Positions 20,320 to 30,761 of a stretch of DNA of 64,000 nt are shown in pieces (positions within the stretch are counted from its first letter, which is position 1; each line of letters begins with the position of its first letter). The notes below the pieces were generated by a model that ran no database searches, was not told the DNA's origin, and saw only the letters and a program-made list of their open reading frames with translations. Source of the stretch: an uncultured Gemmatimonadales bacterium (GTDB lineage Bacteria > Gemmatimonadota > Gemmatimonadetes > Gemmatimonadales > GWC2-71-9); the NCBI GenBank assembly GCA_963842945.1, contig CAWJIM010000004.1, positions 32,001 to 96,000 on the forward strand, written 5' to 3'. The position numbers were made by a program, and so were the translations under genes.

Positions 20320-21801
20320 ATGACCTCGACCGATATTCCCACTCCTGCCGCGGCGAGCACCGTGCCCACGGCGGCGGAAGAAGCCGCCCCCCCGCCGCGC
20401 CGTCCCTACGACCGCTCGATTGTCGAAGGGCCGCTCGGTCCCGCCGTGTGGAAGATCGCGTGGCCCACGATGGTCACCAACGTCATCGGAGGTCTGCAGG
20501 GCATCGTCGACCACGTGCTGGTCGGGCATCTGGTGGGCTATCAGGGCAATGCGGCCATCGGCGTGAGCTGGCAGATCATGCTGGTGGTGATCGTCTTCAT
20601 CAGCTCGCTCTTTACCGGAATGAGCGTACTGGTGGCTCGGTTCACCGGGGCGGGAGACTCGGAGAAAGTCGACCGCGTGGTGTATCAGGCATTTCTTACC
20701 GCCATCTTCTTGTCGCTCGCGGTGCTGGCTCCCATTGGCTACTTCGCCTCGCCCTGGCTGCTCGATCTGGTGAACGCCGCGCCCGCGGTAAAGACCGAGG
20801 CGCTGCCGTTCCTCCGGGTCATGTTTCTGTTCAGCAGCGGCATGCTGGTCTTCTTCATGCTGGGTGGCGCTCTTCGCTCCGCCGGCGACGCGCGGACCCC
20901 GATGATCCTCGGCCTGGTGCTGACGATCTCGAATCTGGTCCTGAACGTGATCCTGATTCGCGGCCTCGGGCCGATCCCCGCCTTTGGCACTCTTGGATCT
21001 GCCATGGGCACGGTCATCGCCTCGGGTTTGCTGGCAGTCTACGCGCTATGGAAGCTGTGGACCGGCGGGTGGGTCGTGTCGTTTCCCCGGGCTCACGGGC
21101 TCGGGCCCGACTGGCCCATCATCCGCTCGCTGTTTCGCTTCGGATTGCCCGCGGGAATCCAGGGCATAGCCATGAACATCGGTGGAGTGGTGATGCTCGG
21201 CTTCATCGGATCTCTAGCCCAAAGCGCGGCGGCACAGGCGGCCTTCGCCATCTCCTACACCCAGCTGTTCTCCCTGATCACCTGGACGTCGGTGGGCCTC
21301 ATGGGTGCGGCTGCCGCGGTGGCCGGGCAGAATCTGGGTGCGGGCCACCCCGATCGCGCCGACCGCGCGGTCCACCTTGCCGCCCGCTATGGGGTGGCGG
21401 GGGCAGCCCTTGTCGGCATCTTCTTCCTCTTCTTTCCCCGCGAACTGCTGGCCATCTTCGGTATGAAGGAGCCCGCGGTGGTGGAGATCGGCATTCAGCT
21501 GCTCCGGATTCTCAGCCTCTCCGGGCTGCTTGTCGCCACGGCGCTGACCTATACCGGGGGGCTCCAGGGCACGGGAGACACCAAGAGTCCGCTCTACATC
21601 TCGATTGTGTCGCAGATTCTGGTGCCGCTGGGTATCTGCTTCTTCATCCGCCGCGCGGGCACGCTCGACCCGATTGATATCTGGATCGCGATTCTGGTCG
21701 GTCATGCCACCCGATGCGCGCTGAGCGTGGCGCGCTTCAATCAGGGAAAGTGGCGCACCATTGCGGTGGACCTCGATCAGGAAGGGAGAAGGGCGTCATG
21801 A
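20320..21801 (+). CDS. MATE family efflux transporter
   Basis: IAWPTMV, LRSAGDARTPM and GLQGTGDTKSP motifs; ~12 TM. Confidence 0.9.
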   Translation: MTSTDIPTPAAASTVPTAAEEAAPPPRRPYDRSIVEGPLGPAVWKIAWPTMVTNVIGGLQGIVDHVLVGHLVGYQGNAAIGVSWQIMLVVIVFISSLFTGMSVLVARFTGAGDSEKVDRVVYQAFLTAIFLSLAVLAPIGYFASPWLLDLVNAAPAVKTEALPFLRVMFLFSSGMLVFFMLGGALRSAGDARTPMILGLVLTISNLVLNVILIRGLGPIPAFGTLGSAMGTVIASGLLAVYALWKLWTGGWVVSFPRAHGLGPDWPIIRSLFRFGLPAGIQGIAMNIGGVVMLGFIGSLAQSAAAQAAFAISYTQLFSLITWTSVGLMGAAAAVAGQNLGAGHPDRADRAVHLAARYGVAGAALVGIFFLFFPRELLAIFGMKEPAVVEIGIQLLRILSLSGLLVATALTYTGGLQGTGDTKSPLYISIVSQILVPLGICFFIRRAGTLDPIDIWIAILVGHATRCALSVARFNQGKWRTIAVDLDQEGRRAS

Positions 21802-22253
21802 CTGCCAGTACCGGAACCGCGCCGACGATTGCCGAACCGTGGCGCTCCTGGACGCCGTACCTCCTCAGCGTCCTGCGGATCATCGCCGCATTTCTGTTCA
21901 TCCAGTTCGGCACCGCCAAGCTCTATGGGTTCCCGGAACCGATCATGCCCGGAGGTGGTACGGCTCCGTTCGGCAGCCTGGCCTGGTGGGCCAGCGTGTT
22001 CGAGACTTATGGTGGCTCCCTCCTCCTGGTCGGCTTCTACACCCGGCCGGTGGCCTTTATCCTGTCCGGCGAGATGGCGGTGGCGTACTTCAAGGGACAC
22101 GCTCCCCAGGGGTTCTGGCCGGTTCTCAATCAGGGAGCTCCGGCGGTCCTGTTCTGTTTCATATTCCTGTATCTCTCCGCGGCAGGCCCCGGCCCGTGGA
22201 GCGTCGATGCCCTCCGGAACCGAGCTCGGTTGAACCGCCGGTCCCCATCCTAG
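21798..22253 (+). CDS. DoxX family membrane protein
   Basis: LSVLRIIAAFLF..GTAKL, TRPVAFILSGEMAVAYF and GPGPWSVD motifs. Confidence 0.9.
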   Translation: MTASTGTAPTIAEPWRSWTPYLLSVLRIIAAFLFIQFGTAKLYGFPEPIMPGGGTAPFGSLAWWASVFETYGGSLLLVGFYTRPVAFILSGEMAVAYFKGHAPQGFWPVLNQGAPAVLFCFIFLYLSAAGPGPWSVDALRNRARLNRRSPS

Positions 22254-22270
22254 AAGTCCGGCTATAGCCC

Positions 22271-23137
22271 ATGGTTTATCTGCTCGCGCTGGGCTCAGCG
22301 CTGTTCTATGGTGCGGCCGACTTCACGGGTGGATGGACCAGCCGGCGAGCCGGGGCCATACCGGTCGTGGTGATCTCGCAGTTCAGCGGGATGCTGCTGC
22401 TCGCGCTGCTTTTGCCTGTGCTTCCTTCCGCCTCTCCCTCGCGCGACGATCTGCTTTGGGGTGCCGCGGCCGGCCTGACTGGGGGCGTCGGGGTGGCCCT
22501 GCTCTATCGCGCGCTCGCCATCGGCACCATGGCCGTGGTGGCTCCGACCACGGCCGTCTGCGCCGTCGCCATTCCGGTGCTGGTTGCCGTTGTTTTGGGT
22601 GAGCGACCGGTGCCGCTGGCCATCGCCGGTATCGTGTTGGGGATCATCTCCATCATTCTGGTCAGCCAGCAACAGACCGGGCACGGTGCCGGGCAGCGAG
22701 ATGGCGCTCACCGAGGGCGGCTGCCACCGGGCGTAGCCACGGCGTTCGCCTCCGGCGTGGCGATCGGGTTCTTCTTTCTCTCCCTGGCGCAGACCCGAGC
22801 CGAAGCGGGAATGTGGCCGCTGCTGATGGCTCGTGTGGTGTCCGTCCTGCTCTTTGCGACGGTCGCGTTCGCCACCCGGGCATCATTTCGGATGAGCAAG
22901 GGCGTGGCGGCGCTGGTGTGCGTCGCGGGTGTCATCGACATGCTGGCCAACGCGCTGTACGTGCTGGCTTCACGACAGGGCCAGCTCAGCGTGGTGGTAA
23001 CCCTGTCCTCGCTCTATCCCGCCAGCACGGTGCTGTTGGCCCGGGTCATCCTCCGCGAGCGGCTCAGCACCTTGCAGGTAACGGGGGTGGTCTGTGCGCT
23101 GGCCGCGGTGCTGCTGATCGTGAGTGGAGGCCAGTGA
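22271..23137 (+). CDS. EamA/DMT family transporter
   Basis: ~10 TM; GTMAVVAP and LSSLYPASTVLLARVILRERL motifs. Confidence 0.88.
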   Translation: MVYLLALGSALFYGAADFTGGWTSRRAGAIPVVVISQFSGMLLLALLLPVLPSASPSRDDLLWGAAAGLTGGVGVALLYRALAIGTMAVVAPTTAVCAVAIPVLVAVVLGERPVPLAIAGIVLGIISIILVSQQQTGHGAGQRDGAHRGRLPPGVATAFASGVAIGFFFLSLAQTRAEAGMWPLLMARVVSVLLFATVAFATRASFRMSKGVAALVCVAGVIDMLANALYVLASRQGQLSVVVTLSSLYPASTVLLARVILRERLSTLQVTGVVCALAAVLLIVSGGQ

Positions 23138-24637
23138 AGGCAGGGCGGCGCGAGTGGATTGGCCTGGCAGTCATCGCCCTGCCCTGCCTGCTCTACTCCA
23201 TGGACCTGACGGTCCTCAATCTGGCTGTCCCGGCGATTAGCGCCGACCTCCAGCCCAGCAGCACTCAACTGCTCTGGATTCTGGATATCTACGGCTTTCT
23301 GGTTGCCTCTTCTCTGATCACCATGGGCACCCTGGGAGACCGGATCGGGCGGCGGCGTCTCCTCCTGATCGGTGCCGCTGTCTTTGGTGTCACCTCGATT
23401 CTGGCGGCGTTCTCGACCAGCGCCGAGATGCTGATCGTGACTCGCGCGCTGCTCGGGCTGGCGGGAGCCACCCTGGCTCCGTCGACGTTGTCGCTGATCC
23501 GGAACATGTTCCTCGACCCAGGACAGCGGACCTTCGCAATCGGCGTCTGGGTGACCAGCTACGCGGTGGGCGGGGTACTGGGGCCCATACTCGGCGGAAT
23601 CGTCCTGCAGTACTTCTGGTGGGGATCGGCCTTTCTCATCGGCGTTCCGGTCATGGTGCTGCTTCTGATCGTGGGCCCGAGCCTCCTCCCGGAATTCAAG
23701 GACCCCGAGGCCCGGCGGCTCGACATCTCGAGCGCCGCTCTTTCCCTCGTGGCCGTGCTACTGGTGATCTACGGGCTCAAACGGTTCGCGGCCGATGGCC
23801 TCAGCTGGCTATCGGGCCTCAGCGCGGTGGCCGGCGTCCTGGTGGGTATGGTGTTCATCCGCCGTCAGCGCAGGTTGGATGATCCGTTCATGGATCTCCG
23901 CCTCTTCCGCTCTGCGGCGTTCAGCGCCTCACTGGCCGCGTACACCCTCGCGACCTTCATCTCGTTCGGGAGCTACATCTTCATCGCCCAGTACCTTCAA
24001 CTCGTACTGGGACTGTCTCCTCTCGACGCCGGTCTGTGGACGGTGCCGTTGATGGGCGCGTACATCGTTGGATCATTGCTGGTGCCCGCACTGTCACAGC
24101 GGTTCGATTCTGCCCGGGTGATGAGCGGAGGTCTGGTTCTGTCGGTCTTGGGGTTCCTCCTCATGGCTCGCCTGGGCCACAGTCCGAGCCTAACGCTGCT
24201 CCTGGTGGGCTCGATCGTGTACTCGCTGGGTCTGTCGCCAGTGGTGATTCTGGCTACCGATCTGATCGTGGGCAGTGCTCCGATCGAGCGGGCCGGATCG
24301 GCGTCCGCCTTATCGGAGACCAGCTCGGAGCTGGGTGGCGCGCTGGGCATCGCGGTGCTCGGCAGCATCGGGGGTATGGTCTATCGCCAGATGATGCTCA
24401 ACAATGTGCCGGCGGGTATACCTGCTCTCAGTGGCCCAGTCTGCCCGGGGCACGCTGGGAGCGGCTGTCGCCGAGGCCGCAGCGCTGCCCGGGGCGGCCG
24501 GCTCCGAGCTGGTGGTGGCGGCACGCGCGGCGTTCAGTCACTCCTTCGAGGTGGTCGCTCTGATCAGTGCCGCCATCGCGCTCGGTACCGCGATCATGAC
24601 CGGGGTGCTGCTTCGGCGCCATGACGTCTCCGCCTAG
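23134..24637 (+). CDS. DHA2-type 14-TM MFS efflux pump; frameshift near 24430
   Basis: MDLTVLNLAVPAI, GTLGDRIGRRRLL and ELGGALGIAVLGS motifs; C-terminus continues in ORF 24404..24637. Confidence 0.88.
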
Positions 24638-25220
24638 TCTTCTCCCGGGTGCCGCAGGTCTCCATCTGGCACCATCGCCTGAATCCGTTCCGGCTCCGGT
24701 CCACGTACATCCACCCGCAGTCTTCACTCCCGCAGACCCGAATGCGGGACGCCTCTTCGGAAGTAATCAGCGCGGCGGCTGACCAGAGCACCGGCCAGAG
24801 GACCGAGTCGAGTCTCCTCTCCTGATCTTCCCAGCCGAGCTGGAGGTGCCGGGGCGAGCCAGGCGGCGTCACCCTCAAGTGCCTGAGCGCGGGCGCCAGG
24901 ATCCGGTTGAAGTCCGCCACGGCTCCGGCAGACACCGACCCCTCGGCGAGCTCCAGGAACAATTGCCGGAGGACCTCACGGGCTCGAAGGGTGGCCCGGT
25001 AGACCGTGCCCGCTTCATTCGGGTTTCTGGCTGCTTTGCGCCGGAGCTTTGCCCCTGGTTCCGGCGAGAGTACGCCGGCACCTTCGGCCCACCGCGTCAG
25101 CCGCTCGTAGTCGTCAAGCCGCTCGTCCCTCAGGCCCTCACGGGTCCAATCCACGGTGTTCACCAGATCGACCGCGGGATCCCCTCCGACGTATTTGAAT
25201 GGCAGCACCTCTTCGGGCAC
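24594..25220 (-). CDS. ABATE/CGNR zinc-finger domain protein
   Basis: GGDPAVDLVNT and RIRVC...CGWMYVDRSRNGFRRWCQMETCG motifs; GGAGGAG SD before GTG 25220. Confidence 0.9.
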   Translation of the reverse strand: MPEEVLPFKYVGGDPAVDLVNTVDWTREGLRDERLDDYERLTRWAEGAGVLSPEPGAKLRRKAARNPNEAGTVYRATLRAREVLRQLFLELAEGSVSAGAVADFNRILAPALRHLRVTPPGSPRHLQLGWEDQERRLDSVLWPVLWSAAALITSEEASRIRVCGSEDCGWMYVDRSRNGFRRWCQMETCGTREKTRRRRHGAEAAPRS

Positions 25221-25344
25221 CCGAGACTCCTCCTTCCGACGCTCTCCAGCCTGCACCAGTATTCGCCTCTTGACAGGTGCAAATCTAACTGGTACCGTTG
25301 CACCAGTAAAGGCGGCTATACCGGTGCACCCATTGGAGGCTCTT

Positions 25345-25668
25345 ATGATCGCTCGTACCTGGCGTGGCGCAACCAAGGCAGAAGATGCCGAGCGCTACCT
25401 CGATTACCTGCACCAGACCGGCCTGGCCGAGTATCGGAAGGTCGAGGGGAACCGGGGGGTGCTGGCGCTCCGACGGGTGGCACAGGGGCAAGCCGAATTC
25501 CTGCTGGTATCGCTGTGGGATTCGGAGAGCGCCATCCGGCAGTTTGCCGGGCCGGACATCGACCGGGCGGTGTTCTATCCCGAGGACGAGCAGTTTCTGA
25601 TCGACCGTGACGATCACGTCACCCACTACGAGGTGATCTTTGACTCGGCTCTCGTACCCCAGAGCTAG
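25345..25668 (+). CDS. ABM (antibiotic biosynthesis monooxygenase)-like protein
   Basis: MIARTWRG...SLWDSESAIRQFAGPD..RAVFYPED..FL; GGAGG SD. Confidence 0.82.
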   Translation: MIARTWRGATKAEDAERYLDYLHQTGLAEYRKVEGNRGVLALRRVAQGQAEFLLVSLWDSESAIRQFAGPDIDRAVFYPEDEQFLIDRDDHVTHYEVIFDSALVPQS

Positions 25669-26688
25669 CGAAGCCCCGGCCAAGTGGGCGATGGTCGCCG
25701 CCTTTGGGGCCATCTATCTCTTTTGGGGCGGCACCTTCCTCGCTCTCCGCTACGCCGTAACCGAGGTACCGCCGCTCCTCACCATTGCCACGAGATGCAT
25801 CGGCGGAGCCCTGATTCTGTACGTCTGGCTGGGCGCTCGCCGAAAACTTGGCGCAACTACCGCCGCGCAATGGCTCACCTCGGCGCTCGCCGGTGGGTTC
25901 CTCTTCGTTGGCTGCCATGGCGTACTGGCCTGGGCCGAACAGCGGGTTTCCTCCGGCCAGGCAGCGCTCTACATGAGCGCCATTCCGCTCTGGATGGTGT
26001 TCCTTTCCTCCTGGCGTGAGCGGCGGGTGCCGCCCCGTCTGGTGATCGCGGGCCTGGTCCTGGGAATTGCCGGCGTAGCGCTGCTCACCGGGGGAGACGG
26101 GGCCTGGGCTGGGTCGATGAGCGACCGCCTGGCACTGGTGGGCGCCGACCTCAGTTGGGCTGCCGGATCCCTCATCGCCCGAAACGGACCCAAGCCCCAA
26201 TCCGTGGCCCAGTCAACCGCCATGCAGTTGCTGGCCGGAGGCCTGGTGGTGCTGCTGCTGAGCGCCGCCACGGGCGAGCTTTCCGGCTGGAGCGCCCAGC
26301 AGCTCAGTGCGAGAGGAATAGTCTCGATCGGGTTCCTGGTGTTGTGCGGAACCGTGCTTGGATTCGGGGCGTATACCTGGTTGCTGCAGGTGACCACGCC
26401 GGCCGCGGTAGGACCTACGCTTTCGTGAATCCGATTGTCGCCCTGGCGTTGGCGTGGATCGTGAGAGACGAACCGTTCGCGCTCAGGACGGTACTGGCCG
26501 GAGTGACCGTACTTGCTGGAGTGCTGCTGATCTGGAGAAGCTCGGCGCGGGAGAGTCATTCCCCGGAAACAACGCGTCATCCCGAGCGCGGTAGAGAATC
26601 GGCACTTCGCCGGGTTCTCGCGGCGCTGGAGATGACGCGCTATGCTGACGCTGCAGTTCGGACTACACCCAGGGCAAATCCGGACTGA
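25640..26688 (+). CDS. EamA/DMT family transporter; frameshift near 26413
   Basis: IYLFWGGTF, WAEQRVSSG and TYAFVNPIVALAL...DEP motifs; start and end uncertain. Confidence 0.8.
26573..26639. repeat. GTCAT...ATGAC palindromic element within the EamA 3' end
   Basis: CGCGTCATCCCGAGCGC...GAGAATCGGC-loop-GCCGGGTTCTC...GCGCTGGAGATGACGCG. Confidence 0.7.
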
Positions 26689-27058
26689 GCGCCCGCGGCA
26701 CAATCTGCGTGTTGGCATCGGCCCGGACCAGCAGCGATCCGTTGGAGTGGACGATCGCGTTCAGGATGTCGTAGGTGCCTGGGCCGGGCACCGCCAGGCC
26801 GTCGAGCAGCACTTCCCGGGGCAACGGCTCGCTGTCTCCGTCGGTCAGTACCTCGCGGATCCGGATCGGGCCCATGGTGCAGAAGAAGATTGCACCGATG
26901 TCCGAGTTTGCTGCAGGAATGCGCCAGCCGTCTACCGCGGCGGTGACGCGAATCCCGGTCAGGTCGGCCCGGATCTCCTGGCCGTGCTTGATCTCGGCGT
27001 CGGTCATCCGCTCCCGGAGACGGTAGCTCTGTGAATGGGCAAAGACGCGCGGTTCCAT
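26663..27058 (-). CDS. Hypothetical protein
   Basis: GAGGGGG SD; globular beta-rich composition; no family recognised. Confidence 0.65.
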   Translation of the reverse strand: MEPRVFAHSQSYRLRERMTDAEIKHGQEIRADLTGIRVTAAVDGWRIPAANSDIGAIFFCTMGPIRIREVLTDGDSEPLPREVLLDGLAVPGPGTYDILNAIVHSNGSLLVRADANTQIVPRALSPDLPWV

Positions 27059-27258
27059 AGGTTCCCCCTCGAGGTGGCCCCTCGCTGTGCCCGAACGGTG
27101 TTCGGGCGTTGGTGGCTGGAGTGCACCTCCACGTTAGGCTTGCGGGCCTGGCTTGTCGGTGGGGATGATGCGGGTCGAACGGTGGGCGGCGTCACCGGGG
27201 GAGTGTAGCAAAAAGGCGGTCTCCCAGTATTTTGGAAAACCCCCTACCGGAAGGCGCA

Positions 27259-27756
27259 ATGCGCTATTTGATCGCCACTGCCACCGTTCTGGCCCTGGTC
27301 GGCTGCGAGAAGCGGACCGAACGCGACGCCATGAGCACGGCAGATTCGGCTGGAACCACCGATACCGTCATGGCCAGGGACACGGCCTCGTCGTCCCCGG
27401 CCCTGACCGCCGTGGCCGACCGCCTGGTCGGTAGCTGGACCGCGAAGGGATACGACGCCGGCTCGAGCCGCGCCCAGCCGTTCAACATCACCTGGAGCCG
27501 GTCTCCCGATGGGAGTCTGGCGGGGATGGTCGCGTTCGAGGGTGGGGAGAAGTACAACGTGAAGATGGTCTCAACCGGCGACAGCACCTTTGTCTACCAG
27601 TCCGATCCGCACCAGAGCCCGACGCTCAAGGCACAGGTGGTAACCCGAACCCGAGCCAAGCTGGTGGGCGACACGCTCAGCGGAAACTACGAGGCCAAAG
27701 CCAAATCCGGTAAGTCACTGAAGGGCCACTTCACGGCCACCAAAGGGTCGCCGTGA
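27259..27756 (+). CDS. Hypothetical lipoprotein with beta-strand-rich domain
   Basis: Lipobox LVGC; D-S/T-rich linker; alternating beta-strand pattern. Confidence 0.72.
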   Translation: MRYLIATATVLALVGCEKRTERDAMSTADSAGTTDTVMARDTASSSPALTAVADRLVGSWTAKGYDAGSSRAQPFNITWSRSPDGSLAGMVAFEGGEKYNVKMVSTGDSTFVYQSDPHQSPTLKAQVVTRTRAKLVGDTLSGNYEAKAKSGKSLKGHFTATKGSP

Positions 27757-27775
27757 TTGTGACGCGGCTCACTCT

Positions 27776-30008
27776 TTAACGGCCCTGGCCGGCTGCCGCG
27801 CTGTCTCGGGCCGGAGCCTGCTTCATCCGCACGCTGTCGCCCTGAAGGGGGATCCGTTTCGCCTGAGCCGGAGCCCCCTCCAGCTCGTCCGCGATCCGAT
27901 CCGCCTCGTACACCTTGCGCAGCGCCTCGGTCAAACCGCGGGAGTGCACCGCCACCGCCCGCGCCGACTCATCGGTATAGAGGAACCGGTTGGGCAGCTG
28001 CTCGATGTTGCCGTCGAAGATCAGCCCCACCACCTCGGCGTTCTTGTTGATCACCGGGCTGCCCGAGTTGCCGCCGATGATGTCGTTGGTGGACACGAAA
28101 TCGAGCGGCTGCGACAGGTCGAGCCTGGTCGCGATGGGTCTTCCAGCGCTCCGGCAGCTGGAACGGCGGCTTGTCGTCGAACTCCGCCGAGCGGCCGTAG
28201 AGCCCGTAGAAGGTGGTCTTGTACGGCGCGATGGTGCCGTTCATGGGGTAGCTCTTCACCACGCCGTCGCTGATCCGCAGGCTGAACGTCGCGTCGGGCG
28301 GGAGCGAGCGGCCGTAGGCGGCGAAGATCGCCTGGCCGACCTTCTCCGCGTTGGCCGAGATCACGTCGTTGAGCCGGGCCGCGCGCTGCTGCACCCGCAT
28401 GGCGATCGGATTGAGCTTCCGGGCCAGGACGATCAGCGGATCCTTGGACGCGGCCACCGCCGCGGAGCCGCCCTCGAGCAGCGCGGCCCGGGCCGCCGAG
28501 TCGGCCAGCTTGGTGCCGTTGACCGCGCCTCGGCGGCCACCTCGGGGCTCCGGCCGCCGAGGAAGGCCTTGAGGAACGGATCGTTCTTGGGCAGGTCCTT
28601 GCTCGCCTGGGTGAGCCAGGCCTGGAGCATCTGCTTGTCCTGCTCCGGGTCGGTCGGGGCTTGGGCCCGCAATCGAGCCCCATGATCAGCTCGAGCCCTC
28701 CACCGCGATACTGCGGCAGCCGGAGCGAGTCGGGGAGCTTGGCCTGCTCCGGAACCCGCACGATCCCGCCGGCCGCGTTCAGCAGCGGCGACCCGCTGAA
28801 GCTGTACCAGCGCTGCTGCTTGGCGATGGCGGCCTGCTCCTTCTGCGCGGTGGCGATCGCGTCCCAGCAGGTGCCGTAACGAGCCTTGAGCTTGGGATCG
28901 GCGGCGACGCGGCGGCGGAAGTCGCGCTCGAAGGCGCGCTTCTTGGCCATGAGCGCGGAGTCCTGGAGGCCGGACAGGATAGCCGGTCACCGCCTTCTTC
29001 GAGTTCATCAGGCTGAAGATCTGGTTCTCCAGCGCGCGCCGGGTCTCGTCGTCCCTGCTTCGAGACCTCCTCTCAGGACCGCCAGGTTCCGGTCGTAGGA
29101 GGCGAGCTGGGCCGGATACTGCACGTCGCGGAGGAACTCCATCTGGGCGACGGTGAGCAGCCGGCCGGTGGAGCCGGGGTTGCCGGTGACGAAGACCAGC
29201 TCGCCCTCCTTCGCTCCCGTCGCGCGCTCCACTTCAGGTAGTCCTTGGGCTTGAACGGCTGGCCGTTCTCGTAGACCCGGAGCAGGCTGAGGTCGAGGTC
29301 GTAGCGGGGGTAGGTGAAGTTGTCGGGGTCGCCGCCGAAGAAGCTGATCGCCTCCTCGGGGGCCATGACCAGCCGGAGGTCGTCGAAGCGCTTGAACCGG
29401 TAGAGCGAGTAGATGCCGCCCTGGTAGTAGGAGACCACCTGGCAGGTGAGCGTCGGTCTCCGGTCTCGCAGGCCTTCCTGGATCTGGGCGATGGCGGCGT
29501 TGCGCTGGGCCACCTGTGTCGCGGGTGCCTTCGCCTGTGATCGCGCTCTGAATCTTGTCGGTCACGTCCTCGATCGACTGGAGCTGGTCCACGTAGAGGC
29601 CGGCGCACTTCCGCTCGTCGGCCTGGGTCTTGGCGACGAAGCCGAGCTCCTGGAAGTTCGAGTCGGGGGTGGAGACCGCGGTGATGCACTCGCGGGCGCA
29701 GTGATGGTTGGTCATCACCAGCCCGCTGGAGGACACGAACGAGGCCGAGCAGTTGGGCAGCCGCACCGAGGCGAGGCGGACGTGGTCGAGCCAGGCCTGC
29801 CGGCGGGCGTGAACCCGTAGCGCGCCTTCCAGTAGTCGAGCGGCGGCGCCTCGAAGGTCCACATGGTGCCGAACTCCTTGACGTAGCCGGCCGGGAGCTT
29901 GGCGGTGCCGAGCTCGGTCTGGGAGGTCACCTGGGCCGGCGCGACCCGCGCGGCAACCACAGAGAGGGCGAATGTGCCGATCAGGATCGAAAGTCGTCTA
30001 CCAAACAT
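27776..30008 (-). CDS. S46 family dipeptidyl peptidase; multiple frameshifts
   Basis: [49 protein letters not shown] and [13 protein letters not shown]...GLIFDGN motifs spread across several frames. Confidence 0.88.
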
Positions 30009-30066
30009 GCCATATCCCTCGGAGTGATTGTGACAAGAACCGCGCAGTCAGACTGAACCTTACAGC

Positions 30067-30579
30067 CTACCTGGCCACCGGTATTCGGGGTGGCTTGATA
30101 ACCCCTTCCCGCCCAACGATGCGCCGCAGGATACCGGTCTGTCCGACATGGTACGCTTCATGAAATGCAAGTGAGACCAGCAGGCTGCCTACGGTCTCTT
30201 TCGGGTTTCCTGTCGGGCTGAAGGGGGCCGGCCGGTCCATAGCCTCAGGAGCCAAGCCGTTCAGGCCATTTACCAACGGCTCCTGCAGCGCCCTGAAACG
30301 CCGCTTCAGCTCGTCGAACGCAATGGCGGTCTCAGGCCGGAACGGCTTCCCCCCATTGTCGTCGTAGCTGTCGAACTCCTCCTTCGGAAACATCGGCCTC
30401 TGGCCGAGCAGGGCGAGGGCCTGATTGCGCGAGCGGGTGAGATGTCCCACCAGCCAGTTTAGACAACTGCCACCCGGCTGAGGGTTGATCAGGCTCTCCT
30501 CGTGGGAAATCCCATCCAGGTTCTTCTCCAAGACCCGGCCCGAGATCCCGAATTGATGGGCGATCGTCTTGGTGTGCAT
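30067..30579 (-). CDS. DinB family protein
   Basis: NWLVGHL and AFHEAYHVGQ motifs; GAGGAG SD. Confidence 0.85.
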   Translation of the reverse strand: MHTKTIAHQFGISGRVLEKNLDGISHEESLINPQPGGSCLNWLVGHLTRSRNQALALLGQRPMFPKEEFDSYDDNGGKPFRPETAIAFDELKRRFRALQEPLVNGLNGLAPEAMDRPAPFSPTGNPKETVGSLLVSLAFHEAYHVGQTGILRRIVGREGVIKPPRIPVAR

Positions 30580-30761
30580 AGACTTGATCTCCTCTTGCCA
30601 GGCCGTCCGCATCTGCTCCGCGCGTTGCCAAGATAAGGCATCCGCATCGGCAGGACAGCGGGACCATCGAGTATGACATCAAGGCGGTGAACGACGAAGG
30701 GGGTGTTCGGGGATCAGTGACCGCTGTAACGTAAGCCTTCCATCACAGCCCGGATCATCCC

